This document shows, one piece after another, positions 33,301-47,100 of a stretch of DNA of 64,000 bases (position 1 is its first letter; the number at the start of each line of letters is the position of its first letter). The DNA is from Amoebophrya sp. A120 (taxonomy: Eukaryota > Protista > Dinoflagellata): NCBI GenBank assembly GCA_905178155.1, contig CAJINV010000005.1, positions 1,266,438 through 1,330,437 on the forward strand, in the 5' to 3' direction. A program made the position numbers and the translations under genes. A model generated the notes under the pieces. The model had not been told where the DNA came from, did not search any database, and was given only the letters and a program-made list of their open reading frames with translations.

Positions 33301-36300
33301 CGCTCAACGGGTCCACCTCGTCCTCTGCCGGGGTCGGTTCCGACGTTTACGGCTCCAGTCCGCCGATGTCACCGAACAGTCGGGCAACGACGGCGGGCGG
33401 ACAGGTAGACTTCACGATCTACGAAGACGCAACATATGAGGGTCCAGAGGCTGATGTGCAGAGACAGGAAAATAGTGCTAGTACTAGCCCGCAGCAACGC
33501 GGACCGACGCCGAAGGCTGGTGTAGTAGTGCCATCAACTCCGACGTCGCTGATGCAGATTTCCCGCCAGGGGACTATGGCAGTGGTGAACGCAGGTGCAG
33601 CTGCTTCTCCGACCAACCGGGGCAAATCGCGACAGCAGGCGAAACAGGCGAGGGAGCCGATTGATATTTTCAAAGACACGCGGTCGTGCGCGGAGCTCGG
33701 GCAGTGCATCTCTGCGTTGGTCTCGGTTCTGTCCGCGGACAACGAGGTGGAGGCGATCGGGCCGTTCGTCCTCAGCATTCCGCACACCCAGGTGGCCTTC
33801 AAGTTTCGGTTTCTCGAGAAGTTGAAGGCGCTCGTATTACAATGAAAAATGCCCCCACCCCCGAACTTGAAAGCATTTGTATTGCAAACCTTTCCAAACG
33901 AAACATTCGCCCCTTTGCATGTATCAGCGTCACAGATTTCCGATCGTGAATACCAAAAATTTGTATTGCAAAAGATCCCAGCAAGAGCGGTGCTTGTCAT
34001 GCAAGCGATGCGAAACACGAGTAGACTCTGCATCAGAAAGATTCGTACTCCTTTCGTGCATGACAAAAAGTTTTCATTTGGAAACTTCGCATCACAAATC
34101 TTTGCAACTTTGGGGGTGGGGGGCACTTTTCACTGTAATAGCTCGCGGAGCACATGCGGCTCAGGGCGAAGAAGGCGAAGATTGTGGACTTGCGGATTTT
34201 ATCAAATGTAAAAATGTCTGGGTCTGGAAGAATGCAACTTGTCATGCTGATTTTGGACTCTAAAAAAATTTGTATTGCATGACTAGAAAGTGAAAGAGGG
34301 CTCCGGTTTGTGCTACACGGACAGGGCATTTCTCATGCGAAAGGTGCATCAGGAAGCCCTCTAAAAGTCTGTGATGCTAGGTCGTGCATTACAGGCATCA
34401 TGGATCATGAGAAATATGCATGACAAACCTGGCAATCTTCCAGACCCAGACATTTTTACAGTTGATAGATTTTGTCTCTGTTGCTGAAAATGTGCAACAC
34501 GAGGTTGCTACTCCATTTAGACCATCTGACCGCGGGGACGGCATTGGCGCGGAAGAACGCCGCGATTGTGCCGGGGGAAATGGCAAAGAGGAAAGCGGCG
34601 AGACTCCTCCACATGGCGATGTTTTCCAAGGCGACAACCGACTTCGACGCCATAGACCAAAACACCGCAAGGCCCGGATCTGCTGGCAACGCAGAAGAAA
34701 GGCCGGGCTCCGGCATCGGCGGGCGTTTGATGCGCACGATGGTGGGCGCGAGTCCGAATAGAGAAGCAACGAGACAATTCCGGACAGGTGGAGCAACGAC
34801 TGCGGGGTCCGGATTGCTAGAAACAGGGACAATTGGAGGTTCTACGGAAGATAGTGATGATCCGGGTATCAACGATAGTTTGATCTCCTTGTCCAAAGCG
34901 GACAAGGTTGCGATGATTCAGAACGCCACGCCGAGCGGGCGGCACGCGGTCAATTTCCTCGCGAAGTCAAAAACGATCATGCGGTCCGCCAGTTCTTTCT
35001 CCGACACAAGCTTGATCACGCCCAGTCGCGCGGGGACGGTGGAGTTCTCTCGCGCGGGAACGTTCAATTCGTATCAAAGAAAAAAACACCATGATCACAA
35101 TCACTTTTGCACATTTTTGCAATACAAAAATATTTGTCATGCGCAAAAATGCATCGCAGTCAACACTTATAGGCGATTTCCCTTTGTGTTTTTGCAATAC
35201 AAGAAAAGTTTGTTATGCGAGACATATTTCTGATGCAAAACCTCCCAAGTGTGATTGTGATGGTGTTTTTTTCTTGGATAACTCCGATGCTGGCGTTACT
35301 ACCGTCGGGGGCATTATCAGCCGGGGCGGGACGTTGGACTTGGAAATCGATTTCGACGCGATCTTCAACGAAATGGACTTGGAAAATCAGCAAGCGGAAA
35401 AGAAATCATCTACTTCAGGATCGTCACCCAGAGGCGGGGGTGCTGGTGGTAGCTCGTCTCCGCGATCGGTCCGCATGGCGCCGAGCCGGTCACAATCGAC
35501 GTTACTCGATCGCGTTTTTATTGCGGGGGACGAAGAATCCACTTCCGTCTCCAACCAGTCAATTGCCACCGGACCGAGCGAAGCTGCGAGCCGAGCCGCG
35601 ATGCGGAGAAGGTCGAATACCACCGCGATTAGGACGGATTTTGATAGAACTACGGACAGTCCAATCCCACCAGTTGTGGAGCCAACCCCGCGGGACATCG
35701 CGTTGTCCCAGATCCAGAGTGGGTTGGAGGAAAATTTATCACCGGTGTCGCGGAGAAGAGTGAATGCAGATCTTCAACCAGGAAATATTAAGGGTGCCGT
35801 AGTATCTTCGTCGTCGTCTCCGGGAGTTGCGACTACTAAGGGCGAGAAGTTGAGCAGAAAATCCTCTTTCTCCAGCACAAGTACAGCCGTCGCTGCAATG
35901 TCGCAGCTCGGCGGGTCCGGTCCCGGGGCGACAAACAAGTCGATCGCTCGGGGGGCGACAAAGATGATGACGCAAGGAGCGGCCGATATGGCGAAATCAG
36001 GAAACTTGAAGCAAATGCTGGCTGCGCAGGCGACGCAGGAGCAATCATTGTCAGAGACTTTGGAAAAACAAGAGCAAGACACGCCCTTATACCACCCGAT
36101 TTCCTTCTTGATCCGAAAACTCGGCCTGGAGTGCGCGCGATCCGCGTCGAAGACACAGGACTTGGAACAGCTATTAAAGGAAGCGGCGGCGCACCCAGAA
36201 GCCGCGGGATTTCTGGATGACCACCCAACCGGGGTGAACTTAACGCCTTATTTCTTGTCCCTGATGGCGGAGTTGAACGACGAGGCCAAGAAGCTGAAAA

Positions 36301-37281
36301 ACGCCAAGGAACTCGGAGTCGGAGAGTACTTTTATATAAGATTTTTTTCCCTTTGCCTTTTGAATTAGAATTTGATGACTTCATCTTTGAGCAGGCATGA
36401 AGTACACAAAAGATTTCAAGTTGATGAAAGGTGAGACTTGTATATGCTGATGTGGAAGTGGATTACCACACAAGGACTATACAACCCTTGATCTGTAATG
36501 CAATATTCCCCCAACACGACACCACAGCTTTCGCTACGCCATGGACGAGTCGACCACCAACGCGCTGTCCAACCTGTCCCTCGAGGTCACGTTGAAGAAA
36601 AAAGCCCTGCTGGATGATATCATGGACAAGGAGTGGAAGGTGAAGGTCGACCAAGTTTGGAACATGCTTGACGACGACCGGTCCGGCTACGTGATCCGTG
36701 CGGAAATGCAGGCCCACTACAGCGCCGCGCTGAAGCACAAATCGGTCTCGGTATCCTGAGTAAAAACGTACCCACACCAGAGTCAGGATGGGGAATCTGC
36801 TAGACAAATCAGCCAGCTTTGGTTGTTTGGCATGACAAGTTTGTCCGCGTAGTGTAGTGCTGTTTGAGCTAGTTTAGCAGCATTACAGATCTAGTATCTC
36901 GTGCTGATTGGAGCATGACAAACTTCAAAACCGCATTAGAAAATGCTTCTCATGGGGCTCCGCATGAGAAACATTTTAAGCATGCAGAGTTGCATGACAA
37001 CTATGGTGTGGGTACGTTTTTACTCAGGATACTCGGCCCAGGTGCAGCAAATCTTCGACGACATCGACGCGAACGGGGACGGGCTGATCAGCTACGACGA
37101 GTGGACGCTGTATTTCGCGGATATGGTGAAATCCAACGCCGTGACGATTCCGCAATTGATGCTGGAATTGGACTGGTTCCTGAAAGCGGGCGGCCACGCG
37201 GCGATCGGGATTTTAGGCGGGGAAAATCCAAGTAAAAAACCGGCAGGCGGGGGCAAGGCGGAGGAGAAGAAGAAGAGGTGA
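27397..37281 (+). CDS. ~2780-aa low-complexity/coiled-coil protein with C-terminal EF-hand pair (7 exons)
   Basis: Exons 27397-29045, 29303-33834, 34146-34199, 34473-35071, 35286-36325, 36528-36751 and 37037-37281 total 8343 nt in frame. EF-hand loops DDDRSGYVIRAE and DANGDGLISYDE. Confidence 0.75.
29046..29297. mobile_element. TIR introner, family A subtype 2, opposite orientation to 7103
   Basis: TSD AGACT; removal gives MEQR-LSKKQ. Confidence 0.92.
33835..34140. mobile_element. TIR introner, family B
   Basis: tattacaatgaaaaatgcccccacccc...; TSD GCTCG; removal gives LKAL-AEHMR. Confidence 0.9.
34200..34467. mobile_element. TIR introner, family A
   Basis: TSD GATTT; removal gives DLRI-LSLLLK. 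Confidence 0.92.
35072..35280. mobile_element. TIR introner, family G
   Basis: tatcaaagaaaaaaacaccat...atggtgtttttttcttggata; TSD ATTCG/ACTCC; removal gives TFNS-DAGV. Confidence 0.82.
36752..37031. mobile_element. TIR introner, family C
   Basis: Perfect TIR tatcctgagtaaaaacgtacccacacca; TSD CTCGG; removal gives KSVS-AQVQQIF. Confidence 0.92.
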
Positions 37282-38458
37282 TATAATGGACGCTGTGATG
37301 TCCTTCTCTCAACATCGGTTTGTTAGTGAATTCCGCAAGCCTCTTAATTTCAGTTCGTTTGAAAAATTAATTTTCACTCATGTTGTATCGTATCCATACA
37401 AGGTTCTTTCTCTTTGTTCTTTACTTTTTTGCCCTGTGCGCAAAAATGCAAAGACTCATGAAAATGTACCCCATAGTCCATATCATAACCCCCATAGTTG
37501 TGCACTCATTCCTTTCAAAGAAACAGTTTTCCACGCGAAAATGAAAAGAGACAAATCAGAAATAGCACCTTTAAATAATTCACAAGTTTCTATTGTTTTC
37601 CGACGCCGTCCATCAGTTCTTCCAAAATTGGGATAGCTCAATGGATTTTCAAGCTCTTGTGGGAATGAATTCCACGACTTGCAGCTTGTTGTTCATGTCT
37701 GGCAGTACCCTTACGGATGAAGAAGTAGATGACTGACAGAAAGCAACGTGATCGTAAACATCAAAAAACCCACCTGGCTTCAGTAAGTCACCGAGAAGGA
37801 GATCAGCTTGAGTGGATAGCGACAATGTCAGGAAACTGCTGCAGCCAGCACGAGAGCGAACGACTTTTGTTTATTTTTCCGCAGATTTTCCACCTATGTT
37901 GCGGTCCACCTATGTTGCGGTCTACGTACATAACCGCGTGGTCATAGACGTCGTACGAAAACTCGTCCGGGAAAACAAGCAGGACAGTCGTGCAAGCGTA
38001 AAGTCGTATAAAGCACCACATTGTCGTAGTTCTTCTCGTGCAAGAAGGACGAATTCTGCTACCTACTTGGAGGTCTCTCTTCTATGCTACAGCTACTTCC
38101 TTTGAAAATATAAAGCAAAGCGCACACGTAGCCCCAACTTGGCTCCACCGTGATCGTCCTAATCGCCGCGTTCCTTTTCGTTGGTTTTTACGAATACAGC
38201 CACCAGGATTGATGGAAAAGCAATTTTTTTGGTCCTCTGTTTTCGCACGACAGTTCCCATTTTTTTTTCTCCGTGAAGATCCTTCCTCGTGGGAGGTAAG
38301 AAAAACAAATACAAAGTACGTTGAAAGCAAAGCGTTACTCCTTAAGTACAACAAGCTGGGGCTTGTGAAAGCTTCCTTCAAATCAACATCATCTTTCCGC
38401 GAAAGAAATACCAATATCAACTCACTGGATCTGGAATACATCTTGTGAGAAGCAAGAA

Positions 38459-38924
38459 GATGTTGAAGAAGGCCACCATCGTCGCTACTGCCATTCCCCT
38501 GGGGGGCAGCGGGAAAGAATTCGTCTTCGGGGCGAAGAAGAAGAAGCCGACAACGACGCATTTTTGGAGCGGCAAGGAGACAACCGGCTTCCTGGAAAAA
38601 ACTGCGTTTCGGGCGGGGCTCGTCCAACACGAAGCAAACCCTTGCGTTCAAAGTTGCGTGAAAACGTTCGACGGCGAGACCATTAGTACGATGGACGAGT
38701 TCGGTCCCATGAATGACTGCAACACCTGCTGTCAGGACAATCAAGTCTGCCTCTGGTGCGGAATCCCTCCCGGACTAGCTCCTGCGGGCGAGCCTGCTAC
38801 TTGTTCCTCCCCCGCCATGGCGGCGCAGAATAAATGTTATTATTCCAAGTGCGCTGGGATGAACGGAATCGGAGACGATCTTCCACAGTGTGCGGATACC
38901 TGCGCCAAGAACTTTTCCGCGTAG
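38459..38924 (+). CDS. Small Cys-rich, possibly secreted protein
   Basis: MLKKATIVATAIPL...; 12 Cys in the C-terminal ~95 aa, including CxxC pairs; intronless. Confidence 0.6.
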
Positions 38925-40278
38925 GAATGTTTAGCTGCGTGTGCCAATTCGTTGATCCACTTACTTTATCGTGCGGAATTGTTTGGGTCACTCTCACACA
39001 CTCACATTATTGTTTGGGTCACGCACAGTTCATTTCGTTTTTGCAGTAGCGGCGAGCGTAGTTAGCTCACAACTTTACCTCTGTTTTTGTTTTGCAAGAA
39101 AAAATCCTTCTAGTATTCGAGCTTTAAGTATCAGTATTTCATATTCATTTCATATCTTTCATACCACAGCGCTATCATTTCATATCCCGTCCATCCATGG
39201 ACACGATATATAAACATATCATTATCATTTTTGCTTTCCACGACGAAGCAAGTCGCGCGCTGCTTTTCTCATCTTCTCTGCCAAAACCCTAATGGAAACG
39301 ATGTGTGCGAGTCAAAAACTATGTTCAATAGCGGAAAGATGAAGATTCGGCCGCCCAACCGTTGGGTTTTTCTGGTATGTCATGGTAGTTGTAGCTGTTG
39401 CATCAGGCCGTCCGCGTGAGCAATTCATCGATTTATTTTTTTCCGCCCCCTCCAAGATGAACTCGATGAATTTAAAAAATCGAACCGCAGCCTGTAATAA
39501 TGTAGGTTGTGCCGGGCTCGTATTCCATACTCATTCCTGCTTTTCTCATTATTTTTCCGTATTCCTCTTTATCTACCGCATTATCATAAACATATGATGC
39601 CACATTATACCAACACTTGAGCATTCTTTTTACTTTTTCACCGCATACCCAACTCCGTAACTGCAAGCATCTAACGCCCGAAACCGAATGCATATCCTGC
39701 TGAGTTGCACAAGTTCTTGTAAAGCGCCAGCGGCCTATAGGTCGAGGTATAGTGGACAACATTACGGGAGACAGCATGGGCTTTTGTAATGTTTGGTTCA
39801 CATTTCACACAGTACAACAAATGGCACCGCAAAGACAAGTTGCAAGTTGAAGTTGCTCAACGTCATCGATTAGTCTTTCGTGAAGACTTGGATTTCCCAA
39901 GGTTTTTGAATTGCAGTGCCTGCTAAAGCACTAGCCCGCCCCTTCTGTTCGAGTGTAGGACCAAATCGAAAAGGATCAGTCGGCTCCGGCTTTTGAATGA
40001 TCGTGATCTTTATTCCCAGAAAAAGATCTGAATCGGTCGCGCAGACATGGTTCTTCCCCGAAAGATCGATCCTGCGTCGTGTGTTTCATTGTAGTAAGCA
40101 GCTCATGCTTTCATGTATTCGAGTGACGCTTTTGCTTTTTTCAATCATTTTTTGCAGGTGCCGCTGAGGGCTTCTAGGAATTCATGTTGACACATTCACA
40201 TGTTGCGCCATATTAAATAACCACTAAGCGACACATTCCGTTTCCGCCTTTCTTCATAAACACACCGGAAACAAGAAA

Positions 40279-42832
40279 ATGACGGTCCCCTACGGCGAGG
40301 CTCCGCCGCTGTATGGTGAGGACGAGGACGAAATCGTCGCCGTAGAAGACGCGGAGCGGGACGAGTACACGGACGTTGCACAGCAGCGGAAAAAGGAAAG
40401 AATAGAACGCGAGCAAAACGAGGACAACAGCAACAAAAAAACCGACGTAAAGTTGAAATTCCTGCAACCGAAGAAGGAAAAGAGGTTTAAGCTTTACTTC
40501 AAATACGAGGGGAGACGGGGCCCCCAGTGCTACCTGAAAATCAGGCTGCCGAAGCACGGCGGGTATGAGGACGGACCCTCGGTCGGGATAAAACGGTTTT
40601 TTGTCTCGCAATACAACAAACTCCGCGAAATGCTCTCGGAGCACGGCTGCCACTTGAGGTCGGAATTGGGGATTGCAATACCTGACCAGGACGCGATCAG
40701 TGGCTACGTTGGGTACGGAGGCCTGGTAAACATTAACATGGGTTTTTGATGGTCGTACGCAGCTGCAGGTGAGCAGGCAGCCTGAAAGATTAGAGCGCGT
40801 CATAGTATTCGAACAAAACCACATGAGTGGATACGGTGCTTCAAATTTAAGTTGAAATTGGATATCTTTATCGATGCTATGCCTATGGATTCCGAAGAGG
40901 AGTTTGTGATGTTGTGTGTATACTCCATAAATTCTCTCACAATACAGCTCTACGTCGTGGACGGTTCCGGTCCGACGAAAGGGCAGGAGAACGACGTGTA
41001 TTTCTGGGGCCACTCCACCTTCTCCGGGTCCCAGGGCGACGCCCCCGGGCGGATGCTGACGCTGTCCCACAAGCGCGTCGCCCAAGTGTCCGTCGGCACC
41101 GAGCACGCGGGGATCGTCACCGAGGGCGGCCGGGTGTTCACCTGGGGGAAAAACGACTTCGGGCAACTCGGCACCGGGGACGAAAAAGACCGACCGCTGC
41201 CAATTCTCGCCGAGGTCCCGTACGAGGTCTACGTGTCGCAGATCGCCTGCGGGGGCCGGTACACGCTCGCGCTGGAGAAGAAGGGCAACTTGTGGTCCTG
41301 GGGCCGGTTTCAGGCCAGCAATTTTCCGAGAAATTTCGTCGACAGCTGGTGCAACGGGTACGAATCCAAGGGGGAAGAGGGCCTGAAGGGGCAGAAGCTG
41401 GTGAAAATAGCCGCGGGCGACATGCACATGGCGGCGCTGACCAAAGAGGGAAAGCTGTTCACCTGGGGCTATAACGACTACGGCCAGCTCGGCTGGGGCT
41501 TGAGCGGTAAGGACAGAACCGGGCAACAGAAGCCGACACAGGTATAAACGATTGTGCTCAATTTATTTCGAGTGTAGTTGCCGCTGGTAGAAAAAGTTCG
41601 TGTACTTGCCGCTACTAGGGGATCGAGGAGGACCAAGAACTGCATGTGTCTTGTTAATCACTAAGAAGTACAGCGAGCAATGACAATGTGGACAAAATTT
41701 TGATTTGATATTTGCACATTCAATTTTGTTAGAACCGCAACTGATTGTGATTCATCGATTCAGGTGAAAGGTCTGCTGGAGAGCGAAACCATCCGGGATG
41801 TTGCCTGCGGTGGGGCACACACAATAGCAATCACAACCGCGAACCGGGTTTTTGGGTGGGGATCAAACGTCGCCGGGCAGATTGGACACGGACTTAGACA
41901 GGTACTACTATTATGATTCAGTTATGCTTCGTGTCTACGTAACGCAAACGCATTTTGTTTGCTGTTGTAGTTCGGTGACGGCACGGGTCAATTATGCCTG
42001 TGCTGTATCGACGCAACAGCGTCGAAAACAAAAACTGAAGCCAACCCACACGTCGAAAATACAGGTCTTCAGCGAGCCGCAGGAGGTACCCCTAGGCGAC
42101 CCCATCGCCAACGCTTCTGCTGGCTGGATGTGCACGGTGTTCATCACGACAGAAAGAAAACCTATCATCTGTGGGGGCGTCAACAGCGAGGGACCGAGTG
42201 TCACGAAGGAAAACGAAGAGGAAGCGGGGAAGGAAGGTATAGGATGAATACGATATTTTTCCTTCCAGTTGTTCCCTACGGTTTTCGGATTTGCTTCGTC
42301 GTGTTGCCAGGTGTAGGATCTCCACCGTTGGTTCTTTGCGTACAGTCTGAGTGACTCTGCTGCGCTTACCATGGTGAGCCCGAGGGCGTGAAACTCATGT
42401 CGAAAGCGACGCACATGAGGACGAGCAACAGGAAAATCAATATCAACTACAGGCGATGACAACGGTACTGCCGAGAAAAAGTCCCCCGAAGACCTCGCAA
42501 AGGCGAAGGACTTGATGTCGCAGCAGCTGCTACAGAAACTCTCCGGCGGCGCGGACATGGGCATCACGGAAAAAGTCCAGACCGCCGCCGTTGGGGAGGC
42601 GCACGGTTTGCTTGTCTTGGAGGAGACCGGCGCGGTCTCCGGGTGGGGCTACAACCGGCTGAAACAGTGCTTGGGCGAAGAGTCCAAAGAGACCTTTGTG
42701 AAGAAGCCCACCCCGCTAAACACGATCGACCTCAGCCAGTACAAGGGCTTCCAGGTCGGCTGTGGCGGCGCGCAGTCCTACGCCATTTTAATGCCGAAAA
42801 CCACCACCTGCCAACCCATGCGGTATGGGTGA
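40279..42832 (+). CDS. RCC1/BLIP-II repeat protein (5 exons)
   Basis: Repeats VSVGTEHAG..GRVFTWGKNDFGQLG, IACGGRYT, IAAGDMH..FTWGYNDYGQLG. GT-AG introns 40726-40947, 41542-41763, 41902-42064, 42237-42452. Confidence 0.9.
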
Positions 42833-44124
42833 TGAAGGGAGATGGAGGAGCCCGGTTCTCATCTCCGACTGCTCTGACTGGTGCGGAAGTTGTAAACAAA
42901 AAGAAACCCGCCATGCTAGCCCAGCAGAAACAAAAACCTATGAATCTTTTCTTCTTAATACAGAGACCTGACAGCGACACCGACGACACGAAAGCAAAAA
43001 CTACTGCGCGAAATTATGCACGCCGGAGGCTCCAGAAATAGCAAACGCAAGTGCCTTCTAGGCACAGCTGTTCTTCGATTCGGTATAATTGTCGATCCTA
43101 CCAGCAGTTTCTGTCCCCCTTTGGAAATGGTAATGGATACATGCATCAGGTTCAAAATCAATCCCTGATCTTGTCTGATGATGAAGTAGAAGAAGAAGAA
43201 CAACACTAGAGCTTGAGATCAGTACCTCCTTTTATTTTACCTGAGAGAGCAATTTTTTGTGTTTGTAGCCCCAGCAGCCGTTCTCATTGGATTCGGTCTG
43301 ATTCGGTCATACATGATGAGATCATGCCCATGCAGAACGAGAACCCCACAAATGAGGAGGATCCTGATGATCGTGAGCGCGAAGTCGTTCGGTCGGCAAA
43401 CTGATCATGGGAAGATGTCATCAGAGCAAATGAAAATAATCATCCTAGAAGTCGATCTTGATGGAATGAAAGGCGAAAATGGTCGTAATCCCAGCACGAA
43501 AAGAACGTCGGTCCTCCTCCTCTCTCGAAATGATTTATGGAAGTATTTGTATTACCACGATGACCAAAAAGTGTAAAATGAAAATCAGTACTAAAATGAT
43601 CAGATTCTCCTGTGACGAGTTCAAGATCAAGGGTAAAACCAGTTTGCATGAATTTCAGGTTCAGCTCGTCAAAAAATCAAAACAAGGGCAAAAAAAAACC
43701 ACTGGTATATCTGATCGGTTGTACTCAGTCTGCTCAGCACCTGCTTTGTAACAACCGCTTTCGGTCAATCAAGAACTCTCAACACACCCGATGAAAAAAC
43801 ACCAGTTCCTCCTTTGCCAAAGCAGTTTTGACATCTTGCTAAAAATAACATCCACAAACAAGAAAATACTAAATTCCCTTTTATCTTCGTGACAAGAAGT
43901 AGTTGCAGCTGTCCTAGCTTTTCATCTTGCCGCTCAGTCGAATCAACACAACATACTTCGTCGCCTATCCAAAAAAAAAGATTCCGACTAAGGACGCTTG
44001 AATACATTTATCCTCAAAAATCTTATTGCCTATACAACTGGTGTCGACGCTGCCTGTACAAGAACATTTCATTCAAGAATTCGTATATCGAGTGACAAAG
44101 TAGCAGCACACCAACAACATCACC

Positions 44125-47100
44125 ATGGGCTTTTTCGGGTCGCTGAATTTTGCAAGCCCACTGTTTCTGCTTGAAATGGTGGGCCTTTTGCTCATCGCAG
44201 CCCTCTGTTTTCTCTACGTGTGGCTGAAAGAGCGGAAGTTGGGACGACGGACCACGCCTGATCCAGGTTCTTCTTATTTCGGCGCCGGGAACAAGACCGA
44301 AAATGTTCTTCACAGCAAGCAAAACTCGAATGTCGCGAAGCTCCGACAGGCGGAGAGCGAGAAACACTGCGTGTACTACCAGGTGGCGACGAAACGCGAC
44401 TACTTTGGGACGGTGCTTTTCTCCCTCGTGCTCGTCCTCCTCTACTTCGTCATGGTGGTTTTCCCCATCTTCTACGCGTTCGGCCTCGGCGTGTTCACGA
44501 ACCAGCCGGGCCCCTTCGCTATGACGGTGTGGGAGCCGTTTTTGCCCGACGGCACGGACATCAACACCCCGGGCTACAAGTTCTTTCTCTGGTACGCCAA
44601 CGTCTTTGCCGGGGTGGACTACTGCCCCGATCCCATCGTTGCTCTGAACGTCAAGGACGCCGCTACCGGAGTGATCTCCAACCCCTTCAGCTGGGCCCTG
44701 ACGCACGGCGTGTGCCTCGAGGGAAACATGACCGGAAAAACGGACGGCGCGATCCCCGCCTTTTTCTTCGTGATGTTCTTCATCCAGTGGGTCGGCGTGG
44801 GCATCGCCTTCTTCCTCTTCTCGCCCCTCTACACAAAATTCAAGTACGGACTCTGCTTCCAACGGATGACGACTGCTCTTTCGACTGAAGGTGGTAGTAC
44901 TTCTGAACAAGACGAAAACGAACAAAGCTCCCCCTTCGCGACCTGTCCTTTCATCGCCGTCTACCGCGTGGACGGGGCGACGGTGGCGGCCAAGAAGGAG
45001 CAAAACAAGAAACTTCGGGACAAGACGATGACGTTTGAGGGAACTGAATCGGAAAAAAATGATCATGATATGACTCTCTCGTCGTCCACCGAAAACATTA
45101 TCGTCCCCGAGATCGACGGGCAACTGGTAGTGATCGAGAAAGTGAAAGACCACGCATTCCGTTATCCTGTGGAAAAACATCCCCACCCCAGAGTTGTCAT
45201 GCAAATCAGCATGGTGAAAATGTAAATGTCTCTCATGCGGAGCCCCATGAGAAGCAATTTCTAGTCGTATCGCGGAATTTGTCATGCTCGAATCAGCATG
45301 ATATGCTAGATCTGTGATGCTGCTTAACTAGCTAAACAGGACTACACTACGGGGCCCAACTTGTCATGCGCAGCAGCCAAAGCTTGTCGATTTGTCTTGC
45401 AGATTTCCCAACTTGACTATGAGCTGGGGACGTTTTTACAAATGATATCCGTGACCTTTCGGAGAAGACCGTGGAGAAGCTGGAGAAAGTGCCGAACTTG
45501 AAGGATTTGCTGGAACCGGAGGGGAAGTTTTACCACCCGACCTGCAAACTTGCCTTACGGTCCATCATATCAAATGCAAAAATGTCTGGGTCTGGAAGAA
45601 TGCAACTTGTGATGCTGCATTTGGATTCCAAAAAAATTTGTATTGCATGAGTACGCAAAGGGAGTGCAATTTAAATTTTTGCTAGGCGGATAGGGCATTT
45701 GTCATGCGAAATAGGCATCAAGAACCCCTCGAAAAATCTGTGATGCTACGGCAGGCATCACAGACATCATGGCTCATGCAAAACGTGCATGACAAGTCTC
45801 AGAATCTCCCAGACCCCGACATTTTTGCATTTCATACATCATCGTTTTGTCCACGCAGTACTGGTACTGCCAGAACTCCGACAGCTTCGACGAGCCGCAG
45901 ACGGAGACGTTTGAGCGGCTGCGGAAGGAGAAGAAGCTCAACGCGGATTTGATCTCCCAAATCGCCGCCACGGAGACCAAGGATATTACAATGAAAAATG
46001 CCCCCACCCCCGAACTTGGAGGGAGCATTTGTATTGCAAACCTTTCCAAATGAAACATTCGCCCTCTTGCATCTATCGGCATCACAGATTTCCGACCGCG
46101 AATAGCAAAAATTTGTATTGCAAAAGACCCCAGCAAGAGCAGCGCTTGTCATGCAAGCGATGCGATACACGCCGAGACTCTGCATCAGAAAGAAGATTCA
46201 TAGTCCTTTCATGCATGACAAAAAGTTTTCATTTGGAAACTTCGCATCACAAATTTTTGCAACTTTGGGGGTGGGGGCATTTTTCACTGCGATAAAGGAG
46301 GATGCTTGCTCTTCCACCATCCTCCGGGAGTACTTCGGCGAGAACAAGATGTACATCGAGTTCCCGGGGTTCTTACGCATTGCAAATTATATGTCTGGGT
46401 CTGGAAAGAACTTGTGATGCAAGGAAGGGAATAGAAGTGGGCTCACTATGATGCGCTGCCAAGCATGACAGGTTTTTTTCATGCTTCTGAGTTGCGTATT
46501 CCGCATGAGAAACTGCGTTGTTGCATGTTGACAGGGAGGAAGAGCTCTAGTACTTGTTTGCGGCCATGCAATACAGAGTTCAGAGTCGTGCCAGACTAGC
46601 ACGGCAAATGTGTCGCAAGCTTCCAGACCCAGCCATATTTGCGTTTGATAGTTCTGGAAGTTTTTCTTCCGCATGTTCTTCGCCAAGCAGGTGGTCATCA
46701 TGCTGACCATGCTGGGGGTGTTCTTCGTGTCCGGCCAGGGGAACTACCCGATCGTGATGATCGTCATTCTGGTCTGGCAATTCGCGTTGGCGGCCTGGCA
46801 GGAGGCGAAGTACAGCAAAGAACTGGAAAAGCTGGTCCACAGCAACCGAAACTCCCAATACTTCGAGCGGGCGACCGTGGTCGGGAAGGACAACCAATTG
46901 GTCCCGTACGAAGGGTTGGCGGAGGAGTTGTGCGGGACGTACCAGGTTTTGTCCAGCAAACTGATTTATCAAATGATAAAAATGTCTGGGTCTGGAAAAA
47001 TAATGCGAGAGTTGTCATGCATGTCTGACATGACTGCTCAAGAATCTGTGATGCATGGGCACGACGCGCCGGCCCTCTTACCTGTCATGCAAAAACGCAG

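Noticed and set aside
37890-37921. 16-bp tandem duplication ccacctatgttgcggt, and microsatellites near 7000, 52970 and 58540
   Set aside because: Ordinary slippage repeats with no further structure.
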